Shown: positions 18,218-27,427 of the stretch, piece after piece | Numbering within the stretch: position 1 is the stretch's first letter | How the letters are laid out: each line of letters starts with the position of its first letter | Assembly: GCA_019038625.1 (NCBI GenBank) | Contig: JAHOYU010000078.1 | Location: 1,687 to 65,686, forward strand | DNA length: 64,000 nt | Direction: 5' to 3' | DNA from: Candidatus Latescibacterota bacterium | GTDB taxonomy: Bacteria; Krumholzibacteriota; Krumholzibacteriia; Krumholzibacteriales; Krumholzibacteriaceae | The notes under the pieces: model-generated | What the model saw: the letters and a program-made list of their open reading frames with translations, nothing else | Told to the model about the DNA's origin: nothing | Databases searched by the model: none | Made by a program: the position numbers and the translations under genes

Positions 18218-21200
18218 ATGGGAGCAAAAACAGAAATGATCAGTCTGACTATTGATGATAGACCTGTTGAAATGGCGGAAGGCGCCACAATCCTCGAGGC
18301 TTGTGGCAAGCTCGACATCAAGATCCCCACGCTTTGTTATCATAAAGCGCTTTCTTCCTACGGGGCATGTCGCCTGTGCCTGGTAGAGATAGAAGAGAAC
18401 GGCAGGACTTCGATACGCACTTCATGTAACTATCCGGTCTCGGAAGGTATCAAGGTCAGGACGGACACAGAGAGGATCATTCGAAACCGGAAAATAATGG
18501 CGGAACTTCTCCTTGCGAGGTGTCCCGATTCCAAAAAGATCCAGAGTGTGGCCGCGGCGCTTGGTGTGACAGGAAATAGAATGGACCTGAAGCACGAGGA
18601 TTGCATCCTGTGTGGTCTGTGCGTCCGTATGTGCAGGGAACGGATGGGCAAGGGAGTCCTCGGGTTTTCCAACAGGGGCAGCGAAAGAATCGTGTCGCCC
18701 GCCTTTAACGAACAATCGGAAGAGTGTCAGACCTGCGGGGCCTGTTACTATATCTGTCCCGTAGAAAAAGGCATCAAGCTTGACGAGATATCTGAAAACA
18801 AACCCAAGTTTATAAGTTCCGATTTCGACGCCGGGCTGGTCGGCAGGCCTGCCGTTTATATCCCATATGCGCAGGCGGTGCCGAATTACGCGAATATCGA
18901 TCCGGAACTGTGCGTACATCTGACCACGGGCGAATGTCAGATATGTACGGAATTCTGCGAAGCGGAAGCGATCGATTTCAATCAGAAAGAAGAGCTGGTC
19001 GATCTCGATGTCGGCTCGATCATCATCACGACAGGAGCCGACACATTCGATCCGACCGGAATGCATGAGCTTGGTTATGGCAGATACAGCAATGTTCTGA
19101 CAAGTATTCAGTTTGAGCGGATTCTTGCCGCATCGGGTCCGTTCGAGGGGCATCTTCAGAGACCTTCGGACGGGAAGGTCCCGGTCAAGATAGCATGGCT
19201 GCAGTGTGTTGGGTCCAGGACAGAGGACTCGAGTATGCCTTATTGTTCTTCGGTCTGTTGCATGTATGCCATGAAAGAAGCCATAATCGCGAAAGAACAT
19301 GTCCCCACAGTGGAACCGAAGATCTTCTTTATGGACATGAGGGCGCATGGGAAAGATTTTGATAAATATTACGATCAGGCTAAAAATACCGGAGTGGAAT
19401 TTGTCAGAGGCAGAATCGGAAAGATCAGGGAGATCCCCGATACGGGCAACCTGGTACTCTACTACACGAGCGAGAAGGGTGAAGTAAAACAGGAAGAATT
19501 CGATCTGGTCGTTCTGTCTATCGGTCTTACTCCAAGAAAAAATGCCGGAGAACTTTCCGACAGGCTGGGGATACGGCTGAACGAATTTAATTTTATCGAA
19601 CATATCGGAAATTCGCCTATCGAGACTACGAAGCCGGGCATTTTTGTCTGTGGCCCCGCTGTTCAGCCCAAAGATATTCCCGAAACGGTGATGCAGGCTT
19701 CGGCGGCTGTCGCCGGCGCCGCGGAACTGCTTTCGGATGTGAGGGGCACAGAGATAACCGTAAAAGAATACCCTGCTGAAAAAGAAGTGCGGGGGCAGAG
19801 GCCGAGGATCGGTGTCTTTGTCTGTCATTGCGGCACCAATATTGGCAGCATCGTCGATGTTCCCTCTGTGGTCGAGTATGTTAAATCATTGCCTGATGTA
19901 GTCTATGCTGAAGAGAATCTCTTTACCTGTTCACAGGATACACAGGAAAAGATGAAAGAGATCATTGAGGAACATAAGCTCAACAGGGTAGTCGTCTCAT
20001 CATGCTCGCCCAGTACTCATGAGCCGCTTTTCCAGGAGACCCTCAGGGAGTCGGCACTGAATCCCTATCTCTTCGATATGGCAAATATACGTAACCAGTG
20101 CAGTTGGGTACACAGGGCCGACCACGCGAAAGCGACCGATAAGGCCAAGATCCTCACCCGGATCGCGATCGGCAAGGCGAGACTGCTCGAGCCGCTTCAT
20201 ACGATAGCGCTCGACGTCACTCAGAAGGGTCTGGTCGTCGGGGGAGGGCTGGCCGGGATGGTTGCCGCCCTTTCAATAGCGGATCAGGGGTTCGAGGTGG
20301 CTCTCATCGAGAGAGACTACAGATTGGGTGGCAACCTGAACAGGTTGAAGAGAAGGCCGAATGGCGAGAAGGTCATAGACTGTCTTGAGGATTACAGGCA
20401 GAGGATCGCAGACAACCCGAAGGTAAGGGTCTTCCTTGATTCGGAAATATTGGCCATAGATGGATATGTCGGCAATTATGTGACCTCGATACGCAATAGT
20501 AAATCGGAAAATGTCGATGATTATGAACATGGGGTCATTGTCATAACAACCGGCGCGAAAGAGACTGAGCCAAAGGAATATCTTTTCGAAGATGACAGGG
20601 TGATATCTCAGCTCGATCTCGAAGATGTATTTGAGGAAGATGAAAAGACTCTCTCAAAACTGAAAAATGTAGTGATGATACAGTGCGTCGGTTCGCGTGA
20701 TGAAGAACACCCCTATTGTTCGAGAGTCTGTTGCACCCAGGCGGTCAAGAACTCGATCCGGTTAAAGAAACTCAATCCGAAGATGAACGTCTACGTCCTC
20801 TATCGCGACGTTCGTACTTACGGGTTCAACGAGATATATTATCAGGAAGCAAGGGCGCTCGGGGTGACTTTTATAAGGTATGAGGAAGACGCGAAGCCTG
20901 TCGTGGAGTACGTGGATGACGAGAAGAAACAGATCTCGGTCAGCGTTATGGATATCGTTCTCGGGGGCGAGGTGGAGATCAGGCCGGACAGGGTCATACT
21001 GGCGCCGGCGATGATTCCCCAGGACGACGCGTCGACGATATCTCAGATGCTGAAGATACCCCTGAACGAAGACAGCTTTTTCATGGAAGCGCACGTAAAG
21101 CTCAGGCCGGTCGATTTTTCTGCCGAGGGTATTTACCTCGCCGGACTCGCCCACTCTCCCAAGCAGATGGACGAGACGGTATCCCAGGCAAAAGCGGCGG

Positions 21201-21490
21201 CCGAAAGAGCATGTATAATAATAAGCTCTGACGAGTATGTCTCTGTTGCGAATATTGCCGAGGTCGACGTGGATACCTGCGCGGCCTGTGGGATGTGCGT
21301 GGCTGCCTGTCCTTATGGGGCTCCCGGGCTTGTCTGGCTCGGAGGCAGACAGGTCTGTCAGATCAACACAGCTCTCTGCAAGGGTTGCGGCAGCTGTGGG
21401 GCGGTCTGTCCGTCGGGAGCGATGCAGCAGCTCGGATTCAAGGAGATCCAGACTCTCGAGATGGTGAACCAGTCACTTGGGTTGTTATAG
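18218..21490 (+). CDS. Fusion of NuoG/HydA N-terminal Fe-S domains and the remainder of a double HdrA
   Basis: IPTLC..GACRLCLVE and CILCGLCVRMC, then YAQAVP, QCVGSR, CHCGTNI, EAHVKLRP; start set to the ATG just after the nuoF stop. Confidence 0.88.
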   Translation: MGAKTEMISLTIDDRPVEMAEGATILEACGKLDIKIPTLCYHKALSSYGACRLCLVEIEENGRTSIRTSCNYPVSEGIKVRTDTERIIRNRKIMAELLLARCPDSKKIQSVAAALGVTGNRMDLKHEDCILCGLCVRMCRERMGKGVLGFSNRGSERIVSPAFNEQSEECQTCGACYYICPVEKGIKLDEISENKPKFISSDFDAGLVGRPAVYIPYAQAVPNYANIDPELCVHLTTGECQICTEFCEAEAIDFNQKEELVDLDVGSIIITTGADTFDPTGMHELGYGRYSNVLTSIQFERILAASGPFEGHLQRPSDGKVPVKIAWLQCVGSRTEDSSMPYCSSVCCMYAMKEAIIAKEHVPTVEPKIFFMDMRAHGKDFDKYYDQAKNTGVEFVRGRIGKIREIPDTGNLVLYYTSEKGEVKQEEFDLVVLSIGLTPRKNAGELSDRLGIRLNEFNFIEHIGNSPIETTKPGIFVCGPAVQPKDIPETVMQASAAVAGAAELLSDVRGTEITVKEYPAEKEVRGQRPRIGVFVCHCGTNIGSIVDVPSVVEYVKSLPDVVYAEENLFTCSQDTQEKMKEIIEEHKLNRVVVSSCSPSTHEPLFQETLRESALNPYLFDMANIRNQCSWVHRADHAKATDKAKILTRIAIGKARLLEPLHTIALDVTQKGLVVGGGLAGMVAALSIADQGFEVALIERDYRLGGNLNRLKRRPNGEKVIDCLEDYRQRIADNPKVRVFLDSEILAIDGYVGNYVTSIRNSKSENVDDYEHGVIVITTGAKETEPKEYLFEDDRVISQLDLEDVFEEDEKTLSKLKNVVMIQCVGSRDEEHPYCSRVCCTQAVKNSIRLKKLNPKMNVYVLYRDVRTYGFNEIYYQEARALGVTFIRYEEDAKPVVEYVDDEKKQISVSVMDIVLGGEVEIRPDRVILAPAMIPQDDASTISQMLKIPLNEDSFFMEAHVKLRPVDFSAEGIYLAGLAHSPKQMDETVSQAKAAAERACIIISSDEYVSVANIAEVDVDTCAACGMCVAACPYGAPGLVWLGGRQVCQINTALCKGCGSCGAVCPSGAMQQLGFKEIQTLEMVNQSLGLL

Positions 21491-21648
21491 GAATTAGGGG
21501 TAAGAGAGATATCCCGTGCCGGGCGCGGAAGCAGGAATGAGCCCGGCGAAGCAACAAAATTTTACTACTATGGTCTGAGATTTTTTCTGTCTTTTGGCCC
21601 AGCGCTATAGGATTTCCCGCATTTATTAATGCCAGCGTCGGATTCTGC

Positions 21649-21704
21649 TTGCTTAATTACTTAAATAAATTATCTTGACATCTATCTGACGTTTATGACA
21701 GACT
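21649..21704 (+). promoter_or_regulatory. Putative sigma70 promoter of the hydrogenase operon with upstream palindrome
   Basis: TTGACA (21675-21680), 18-nt spacer ending in TGn, CAGACT (21699-21704); TTGCTTAA-N4-TTAAATAA at 21649-21668. Confidence 0.5.
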
Positions 21705-21801
21705 GCCGTCTGTTATATTGGACTAGGCGTTACGCATCGGTTGATAAATCAAATAAGGGGCCGCTGAAGTGGCCGTAACATTCTTTCAGGAAAAGAATTA
21801 T

Positions 21802-22854
21802 ATGCGATTCATCGACTCAACGAATTTTGAAAGACTACTGAAGAAGCTCTCCGGCGAAGGTGAGCTTTTCGTGCCTGTACTTGATGAGGATTCACAAAAG
21901 AATCACTTTGAGCGAGTAGAGGCCTTCCCTCTTCCCGAAGGAACGAACTTCGAAGGTTTCAGGGCCGTCGAGACTCTAAAGGGTTTTGCTCAGCTTGTTC
22001 GTTCGATGGTGGCGAGGTATCCGACCGAAGGCATGGACGAGATGGATGTGGCGGAGTTACTTCCCACTTTCGTCATAGTCGGGGCCAAGGCCTGCGATGT
22101 CCGCGCCATGCAGCTCGTGGATAAGGTACAGGTCGAGGGTGAATTTACGGATCCTTTCTACAAGGCTCGCAGGGACAAGATGATCATTATCGCGTCGGAT
22201 TGTACTGAAGCGGGTGAAACCTGTTTCTGCAATCTGCTGGGCAGCAATCCATGGCCTGAAAGCGGTTTCGATCTTTCGATCTCGAAGGTCAACGGCGGCT
22301 ATCTGCTCGAGACTGGCAGTGACCGCGGAAAGGCGATCGAGGAAGAGAACAAGGACCTGTTTACCGATCCTCGAGAGGGCCAGGAGAAGAGCAGGGACGA
22401 GATCAGGATGACAGTCCTTGCCGGACTCAAGGCCACGAACAGGGATTACCCTTCCGGTGATAAAGTAACAGAACCACTCAGAGAAGCCCTGTCCGATCCA
22501 CTATGGCACGATGAAGCGGCCCGCTGCCTGGAATGCGGAGCCTGCACGAATATATGTCCCACATGCTACTGCTTCCTGCTCTTCGACCAGAAGGATGAGA
22601 GCGGTGAAGGGTACAAGAGAATAATGTCCTGGGATTCCTGCCAGGTAACGGGGTATGCCAGAATGGCCGGAATGGGGAATCCAAGGCCTCGACTCTCCGA
22701 TCGCGTGAAGCACCGCCTGTACCATAAGTACGATTATCTCGTGCTCAGTCACGGTGAAATATTCTGTACAGGTTGCGGAAGATGCATCGATGCCTGTTCC
22801 GCGAGCATTGACATGAGAGAAGTTTTTGGCAGGGTAACCAAGGCAGCCAAGTAA
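21802..22854 (+). CDS. AsrA/FlxB/sulfhydrogenase-beta-like Fe-S subunit
   Basis: GAKACD, CLECGACTNICPTCYCF, HRLYHKY, CTGCGRCIDAC. Confidence 0.85.
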   Translation: MRFIDSTNFERLLKKLSGEGELFVPVLDEDSQKNHFERVEAFPLPEGTNFEGFRAVETLKGFAQLVRSMVARYPTEGMDEMDVAELLPTFVIVGAKACDVRAMQLVDKVQVEGEFTDPFYKARRDKMIIIASDCTEAGETCFCNLLGSNPWPESGFDLSISKVNGGYLLETGSDRGKAIEEENKDLFTDPREGQEKSRDEIRMTVLAGLKATNRDYPSGDKVTEPLREALSDPLWHDEAARCLECGACTNICPTCYCFLLFDQKDESGEGYKRIMSWDSCQVTGYARMAGMGNPRPRLSDRVKHRLYHKYDYLVLSHGEIFCTGCGRCIDACSASIDMREVFGRVTKAAK

Positions 22855-22867
22855 GGGAGAGAAGGGT

Positions 22868-23686
22868 ATGAACAACCCGTATTATCCCATAGATACGGTC
22901 CTGGAAGATGTAATAACAGAGACACCTACGATTAAGACCTTCTGTCTCAAGCCAGTGCGTCCGGTCAAATTCAAATCTGGGCAGTTCATGCAGTTGACCG
23001 TTCCCGGTGTTGGTGAAGCCCCCTTCACTCCCAGTTCCGATCCGAACATCACGGAGAAGATGGAGATCACCATCCTCAAGACGGGTAAGGTAACAGACGC
23101 TCTTCACGAACTCAAGCCGGGGGCGAAAGTAGGGCTCCGGGGTCCCTTCGGCAAAGGGTACCCGCTGGAAAAACTTGAAGGCAAGGAAGTGGTCGTTGTA
23201 GGTGGTGGAGTAGGCCTGGCTCCGATGAGATCTTTACTCTACGGACTTTTCGATGATCCTTCAAAATACAAACGGATATCCATAAAGTTCGGCGCTCGTG
23301 AACCTGCCGAACTCTGTTTCAAGCGCCAGTACAACGAATGGGTCAATCTATCGCCGAACATCGACCTTACAACTACGATCGACATTCCTCATCCCGAATG
23401 GGATGGAAAGGTCGGCCTGGTGACGACACTGCTGGACGATCTGGATATAAACATAGCGGAAAGCTACGCGCTTTCCTGTGGTCCCGAGATCATGCTGAAG
23501 TTTGTTACGCTGAAGCTTCTCGAGGTTGGATACAAGCCGCCCCAGATATACCTTTCGATGAACAGGAAGATGTCCTGCGGAATGGGTAAGTGTGGGCGAT
23601 GCAATGTCGGGCATTACTATCTCTGCGTAGATGGCCCCGACATGTGTTACGACAAAATAAAGCACGTTCCAAATGTATTCGGTTAG
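22868..23686 (+). CDS. AsrB/FlxA/sulfhydrogenase-gamma-like FAD/NAD(P) subunit
   Basis: GQFMQL, RGPFGKG, GGGVGLAP, CGPEIM, CGMGKCGRC..CVDGP. Confidence 0.88.
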   Translation: MNNPYYPIDTVLEDVITETPTIKTFCLKPVRPVKFKSGQFMQLTVPGVGEAPFTPSSDPNITEKMEITILKTGKVTDALHELKPGAKVGLRGPFGKGYPLEKLEGKEVVVVGGGVGLAPMRSLLYGLFDDPSKYKRISIKFGAREPAELCFKRQYNEWVNLSPNIDLTTTIDIPHPEWDGKVGLVTTLLDDLDINIAESYALSCGPEIMLKFVTLKLLEVGYKPPQIYLSMNRKMSCGMGKCGRCNVGHYYLCVDGPDMCYDKIKHVPNVFG

Positions 23687-23740
23687 GATCATCCTGTTTG
23701 GGCTTCGGACCTGAGCCGGGGCCGGGAAGAAAAATCGTCT

Positions 23741-25531
23741 ATGAGTGAGATAAAAAACTATTGCTCCCTTTGTTCGCTGGCCTGCCCTGTTATTTTCAGG
23801 GGCGGAAAAAGAGGACCCATTTTTTCGAAGGATTCGCTTCTGACGATTGACTGGGACACCAGCGAAGAATCCAAATACGGCGGTAGTCTCTGTGCTCGTG
23901 GAAATGCCGCAATCGAATTCGTATCCCATCCGAAAAGAATCAATTATCCATTCGTTATCGGTGAGAGGACAAGGATAGAAGCGGCTGTCAAGGAGACTGC
24001 GAAAAATCTTTCTGCCATTAAGGATGAATCAGGTGGCGAGAAGATCGGTGTCCTGATAGGAGAGAATCTTACAAACGAAGAGGCAGCTCTGGCTCTGAAG
24101 TTCGCGAAAGAAGTCCTGGGGACTTCGAAGGTCGAGCTGTTCGCTCCAGATGATACACCATTATTCCGTTCATGGCTGGGGTGTGACCTTTCAGCCCTCG
24201 CGTCGACGGCAGAAAAACCGGCCGGCACGAAGAAAACCTTTCTCATAATCGGTGATTCTTTCTCTGAACATCCATGTACGGCAAAGCCGGTCCTCGCTGC
24301 CAGGTATTCGGGGAGGGGCAACGAAATAATCGTGATCAGTCCCGAGATCAGTCATACGGCATGGTTCGCGGGCAGGCACCTGCGGTGCAGGCCGGGAGGA
24401 GAAGCTGCTGTGGTAGCCGGCATGCTTAAGTCGGTTGCTGAGACGACGGCAAACGGTCTTGTGCCTGAATTGAAAAAACTGATGGACGGGGTCGAGTGGA
24501 ATGATATTGAAAGACTCGGGGGCGTGAAGCAGGACGCTATCGAAGGCGCCGCGGCTTCGGTCCTCGGTGCTGTAGGAATAGAGACTTACGTATCCAATAT
24601 CTTTGGCCGGTTCGCGATGCCAGGGCTCGTGTCGATCCTTGCAGAGGCGCTTACGGCGATATGCCCGGGGGATTCGAAATTCGATGCCCAGTTCGTGCAG
24701 CAGAATTCCTGGGGTATATATTCGGTGCTTGCAGCGGGCGAGACAACTCCGTTTCTCTCAAATCTCGAAGGTGAAGAGGTGGAGGCTCTGGTGATTCTGG
24801 GGCTGGATATCTTCTCGGCGTATCCCGCGGGCCCAATTGAAAACGCGCTGCGTGAAAAGAAATTTACAGTCGCTTCGCAGATGTTTTTCGGTCAGACCGC
24901 TTCGAGGGCGAATGTCGTTATTCCTGCGGCATGCCTGATGGAAAAGAAGGGGACTGTTTCTCCATCGTTCGGTGAAGACCTTGTCAGAGAAGACGTTATC
25001 GATCCTCCTGGAGGAGTGCTGACCGATGGTGAGTTCCTGGTCGCGCTTGCAAAGGAGATGGGTTCTGATCTTTCGGGTCCTGTCGATGTAGTGAGAAAGA
25101 TTTCCAGAGGCAGTTCGGGCGAAGGCGTTGTAGCGGACTGGACCGCCTTTTCGAACACCATCAGGGAGTTGGACGCGTCAGGAATGGTGTTGATACCCTG
25201 GAGCGAAGCTGTTCATGTCGCGGATGGTTCGACCAGCAGGAACCTTCACTGGTCAGAAGTGACATGTCCGGAACCAAGGCTGTATGTATCGAAAGAGACG
25301 ATGGATGAGCTTAACCTTGCCGAAAACGATCTGGTCAAGGTCTCTTCCGAGGGTGGAGAGGCTGTGCTGCCGGTCGAGGCGACCGAAAAACTGCAGGGCG
25401 GAACGGTAGCCGCGACGATTCATTTCCCCTCGGTAAGAAAGCTTTTCCCATGGAAGCTGGATGATCGCCGTGGAGAGGTGCTGCTCGCGCCGGTCCCGGT
25501 CAACCTTGACAGTCAGAGTGAGAAGAGCTGA
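23741..25531 (+). CDS. Degenerate molybdopterin-oxidoreductase-fold (NuoG C-terminal-like) subunit
   Basis: N-terminal CSLCSLAC..LCARG, TNEE, ANVVIPA..MEKKGT, C-terminal dinucleotide-binding-like domain. Confidence 0.7.
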   Translation: MSEIKNYCSLCSLACPVIFRGGKRGPIFSKDSLLTIDWDTSEESKYGGSLCARGNAAIEFVSHPKRINYPFVIGERTRIEAAVKETAKNLSAIKDESGGEKIGVLIGENLTNEEAALALKFAKEVLGTSKVELFAPDDTPLFRSWLGCDLSALASTAEKPAGTKKTFLIIGDSFSEHPCTAKPVLAARYSGRGNEIIVISPEISHTAWFAGRHLRCRPGGEAAVVAGMLKSVAETTANGLVPELKKLMDGVEWNDIERLGGVKQDAIEGAAASVLGAVGIETYVSNIFGRFAMPGLVSILAEALTAICPGDSKFDAQFVQQNSWGIYSVLAAGETTPFLSNLEGEEVEALVILGLDIFSAYPAGPIENALREKKFTVASQMFFGQTASRANVVIPAACLMEKKGTVSPSFGEDLVREDVIDPPGGVLTDGEFLVALAKEMGSDLSGPVDVVRKISRGSSGEGVVADWTAFSNTIRELDASGMVLIPWSEAVHVADGSTSRNLHWSEVTCPEPRLYVSKETMDELNLAENDLVKVSSEGGEAVLPVEATEKLQGGTVAATIHFPSVRKLFPWKLDDRRGEVLLAPVPVNLDSQSEKS

Positions 25532-25533
25532 TC

Positions 25534-26013
25534 ATGGAAAAAAGAATATACATAAACATGAATCTTTGCAGCGGGTGTCGAGCCTGCGCAGCGGCCTGTG
25601 CTAACGGGCATCTCGAACAGGGCCTTCTCAAGCATGGGCCGGTCGAGGAAACTGCGTTGATGCCTCTTCACTGCCGTCATTGTGACAAGCCCCTCTGTCT
25701 TGAGGTCTGTCCGCAGGATGCGATCAAAAAGGACGAGAACGGGACGATAGTAAGGATGAGCCAGTTGTGTGTCGGGTGTAAGTCATGTATCATGGCGTGC
25801 CCGTTCGGCGTTATGTTCGTGCATTCTACCTGGCACGTATCACCGAAGTGCGATCTATGCCATGACAGGCTCGAAGATGATAAGGAGCCGAGATGCGTAT
25901 CGACATGCACATCCGGCGCGCTGGTTTTCGAAGAACTGACTGAACTGGAAAAGACTAACAGGAATGTTACCGAGGGCGGGCGATATTTCACCCGTTGGAT
26001 GTTGACTCGATAG
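25534..26013 (+). CDS. HycB/HyfA-like 4x[4Fe-4S] electron-transfer subunit
   Basis: CSGCRACAAAC, CRHCDKPLCLEVCP, CVGCKSCIMACPFG, KCDLC..PRCVSTC. Confidence 0.88.
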   Translation: MEKRIYINMNLCSGCRACAAACANGHLEQGLLKHGPVEETALMPLHCRHCDKPLCLEVCPQDAIKKDENGTIVRMSQLCVGCKSCIMACPFGVMFVHSTWHVSPKCDLCHDRLEDDKEPRCVSTCTSGALVFEELTELEKTNRNVTEGGRYFTRWMLTR

Positions 26014-26025
26014 TGGAGAGGACAA

Positions 26026-26958
26026 ATGGACGCAGCACGGTATCTGATTGATTATCTGATATTCCCGGGGTTTTTGTTTACCGCGGTAGTAGGTCTTCTT
26101 ACCACCTGGGTCGACCGCAAGGTCACAGCGAGGGTCCATTGGAGGGTCGGACCTCCCTGGTACCAGCCCTTCGCTGACACGGTAAAACTTCTGGGCAAGG
26201 AAGTCATCGTTCCCGCCGGAGCGAGAAAGACGGGATTTCTTCTAATGCCGGTCGTTGGCCTGGCGGCGGCGACGCTGGCCTCTACCATCCTCTGGAAAGC
26301 TAATCTCGATCCTGGGAGTTCTTTCATCGGCGATTCGATAGTGGTCCTCTATATCATGACGATTCCGGCTATCGCGATGATCCTCGGGGCAAGCGCTTCA
26401 GGCAACCCGCTCGCCATTCTCGGTGGGGCCAGGGAGATGAAACTGCTTTTCGCCTACGAACTCCCACTTGTAATAGCTATGCTGACCACCGTGTACAAGG
26501 CTGGATCATTCTCCTTTGAAAACATCCTTGGTATGCAGGCTGCTTCGGGACAGTTTCTCGGCAGTTTTTCGGGGACCCTGGCTTTCATAGTAGCTATTTT
26601 CTGCGCGCAGGCAAAATGTTCGATCCTGCCTTTCGACATAGCAGAGGCCGAGACCGAACTTGCCGGGGGAGCTCATATAGAGTATTCCGGCGCTCCATAC
26701 GCGGTAGTCAGACTGAATATGGCGATCATGTTTTTCATCGTGCCGGTATTCATCGTAACGATGTTCTGGGGAGGATTCACCTTCGTCGGGTGGAAGATTC
26801 TCACATCCATCCTCAAATATGTCGCAATAATCGTTATCATGGTCCTTATAAAGAATACAAATCCAAGAGTCCGGATAGACCAGGCAGTGAGGTTTTTCTG
26901 GGGACCCATGCTGGTATTATCGATAATAGCCCTGATCCTGGCGGTGCTGGGTTACTAG
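26026..26958 (+). CDS. Membrane-bound hydrogenase NuoH/MbhM-like subunit
   Basis: RVGPPWYQPFADTVKL, PFDIAEAETEL..EYSG, PRVRIDQ. Confidence 0.9.
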   Translation: MDAARYLIDYLIFPGFLFTAVVGLLTTWVDRKVTARVHWRVGPPWYQPFADTVKLLGKEVIVPAGARKTGFLLMPVVGLAAATLASTILWKANLDPGSSFIGDSIVVLYIMTIPAIAMILGASASGNPLAILGGAREMKLLFAYELPLVIAMLTTVYKAGSFSFENILGMQAASGQFLGSFSGTLAFIVAIFCAQAKCSILPFDIAEAETELAGGAHIEYSGAPYAVVRLNMAIMFFIVPVFIVTMFWGGFTFVGWKILTSILKYVAIIVIMVLIKNTNPRVRIDQAVRFFWGPMLVLSIIALILAVLGY

Positions 26959-26973
26959 GTCGCGGAGGCAAGT

Positions 26974-27387
26974 ATGTCGCTGACTTTGAAAGCATTAAAG
27001 AAATCACCGTGGGTGTTTCATGTCAATACGGGTGCATGCAACAACTGTGACATTGAAATTCTAGATGCTCTGACTCCAAGGTTCGATGTGGAAAGATTCG
27101 GCATCGTACTTGTCGGAAGCATAAGGCATGCTGATGTTCTTTTGATCAGCGGCCCGGTCTCGAGAAATATTCTTCCGAGATTGAAGCGTCTTTATGACGC
27201 GGCGCCTAAACCGATCAAGGTGATCGTCGTAGGGGCATGTGGTTGCACGTGTGGGATCTTTAAGGACGGGTACAACATTATCGGCCCGGTCGACAAGCAC
27301 ATCCCCGTGGATGCGTATGTGCCGGGATGTCCGCCGAAGCCTGAAACGCTGATTGCGGGAGTGGTGAAAGTACTCAGTACGCTGTAG
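26974..27387 (+). CDS. Group 4 [NiFe] hydrogenase small subunit (NuoB/MbhJ-like)
   Basis: CNNCDIE, RHADVLL, VGACG, PGCPP. Confidence 0.92.
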   Translation: MSLTLKALKKSPWVFHVNTGACNNCDIEILDALTPRFDVERFGIVLVGSIRHADVLLISGPVSRNILPRLKRLYDAAPKPIKVIVVGACGCTCGIFKDGYNIIGPVDKHIPVDAYVPGCPPKPETLIAGVVKVLSTL

Positions 27388-27427
27388 ACAGGATAACAGG
27401 GCGGCCCATCGCCAGAGAGAGCGCAGA

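Noticed and set aside
18422..19828. 468-aa minus-strand ORF and many similar short antisense ORFs
   Set aside because: Shadows of well-supported plus-strand genes
21802..23686. Anaerobic sulfite reductase AsrABC or a soluble group 3b sulfhydrogenase
   Set aside because: No siroheme AsrC subunit, and the linked large and small subunits are group 4 type
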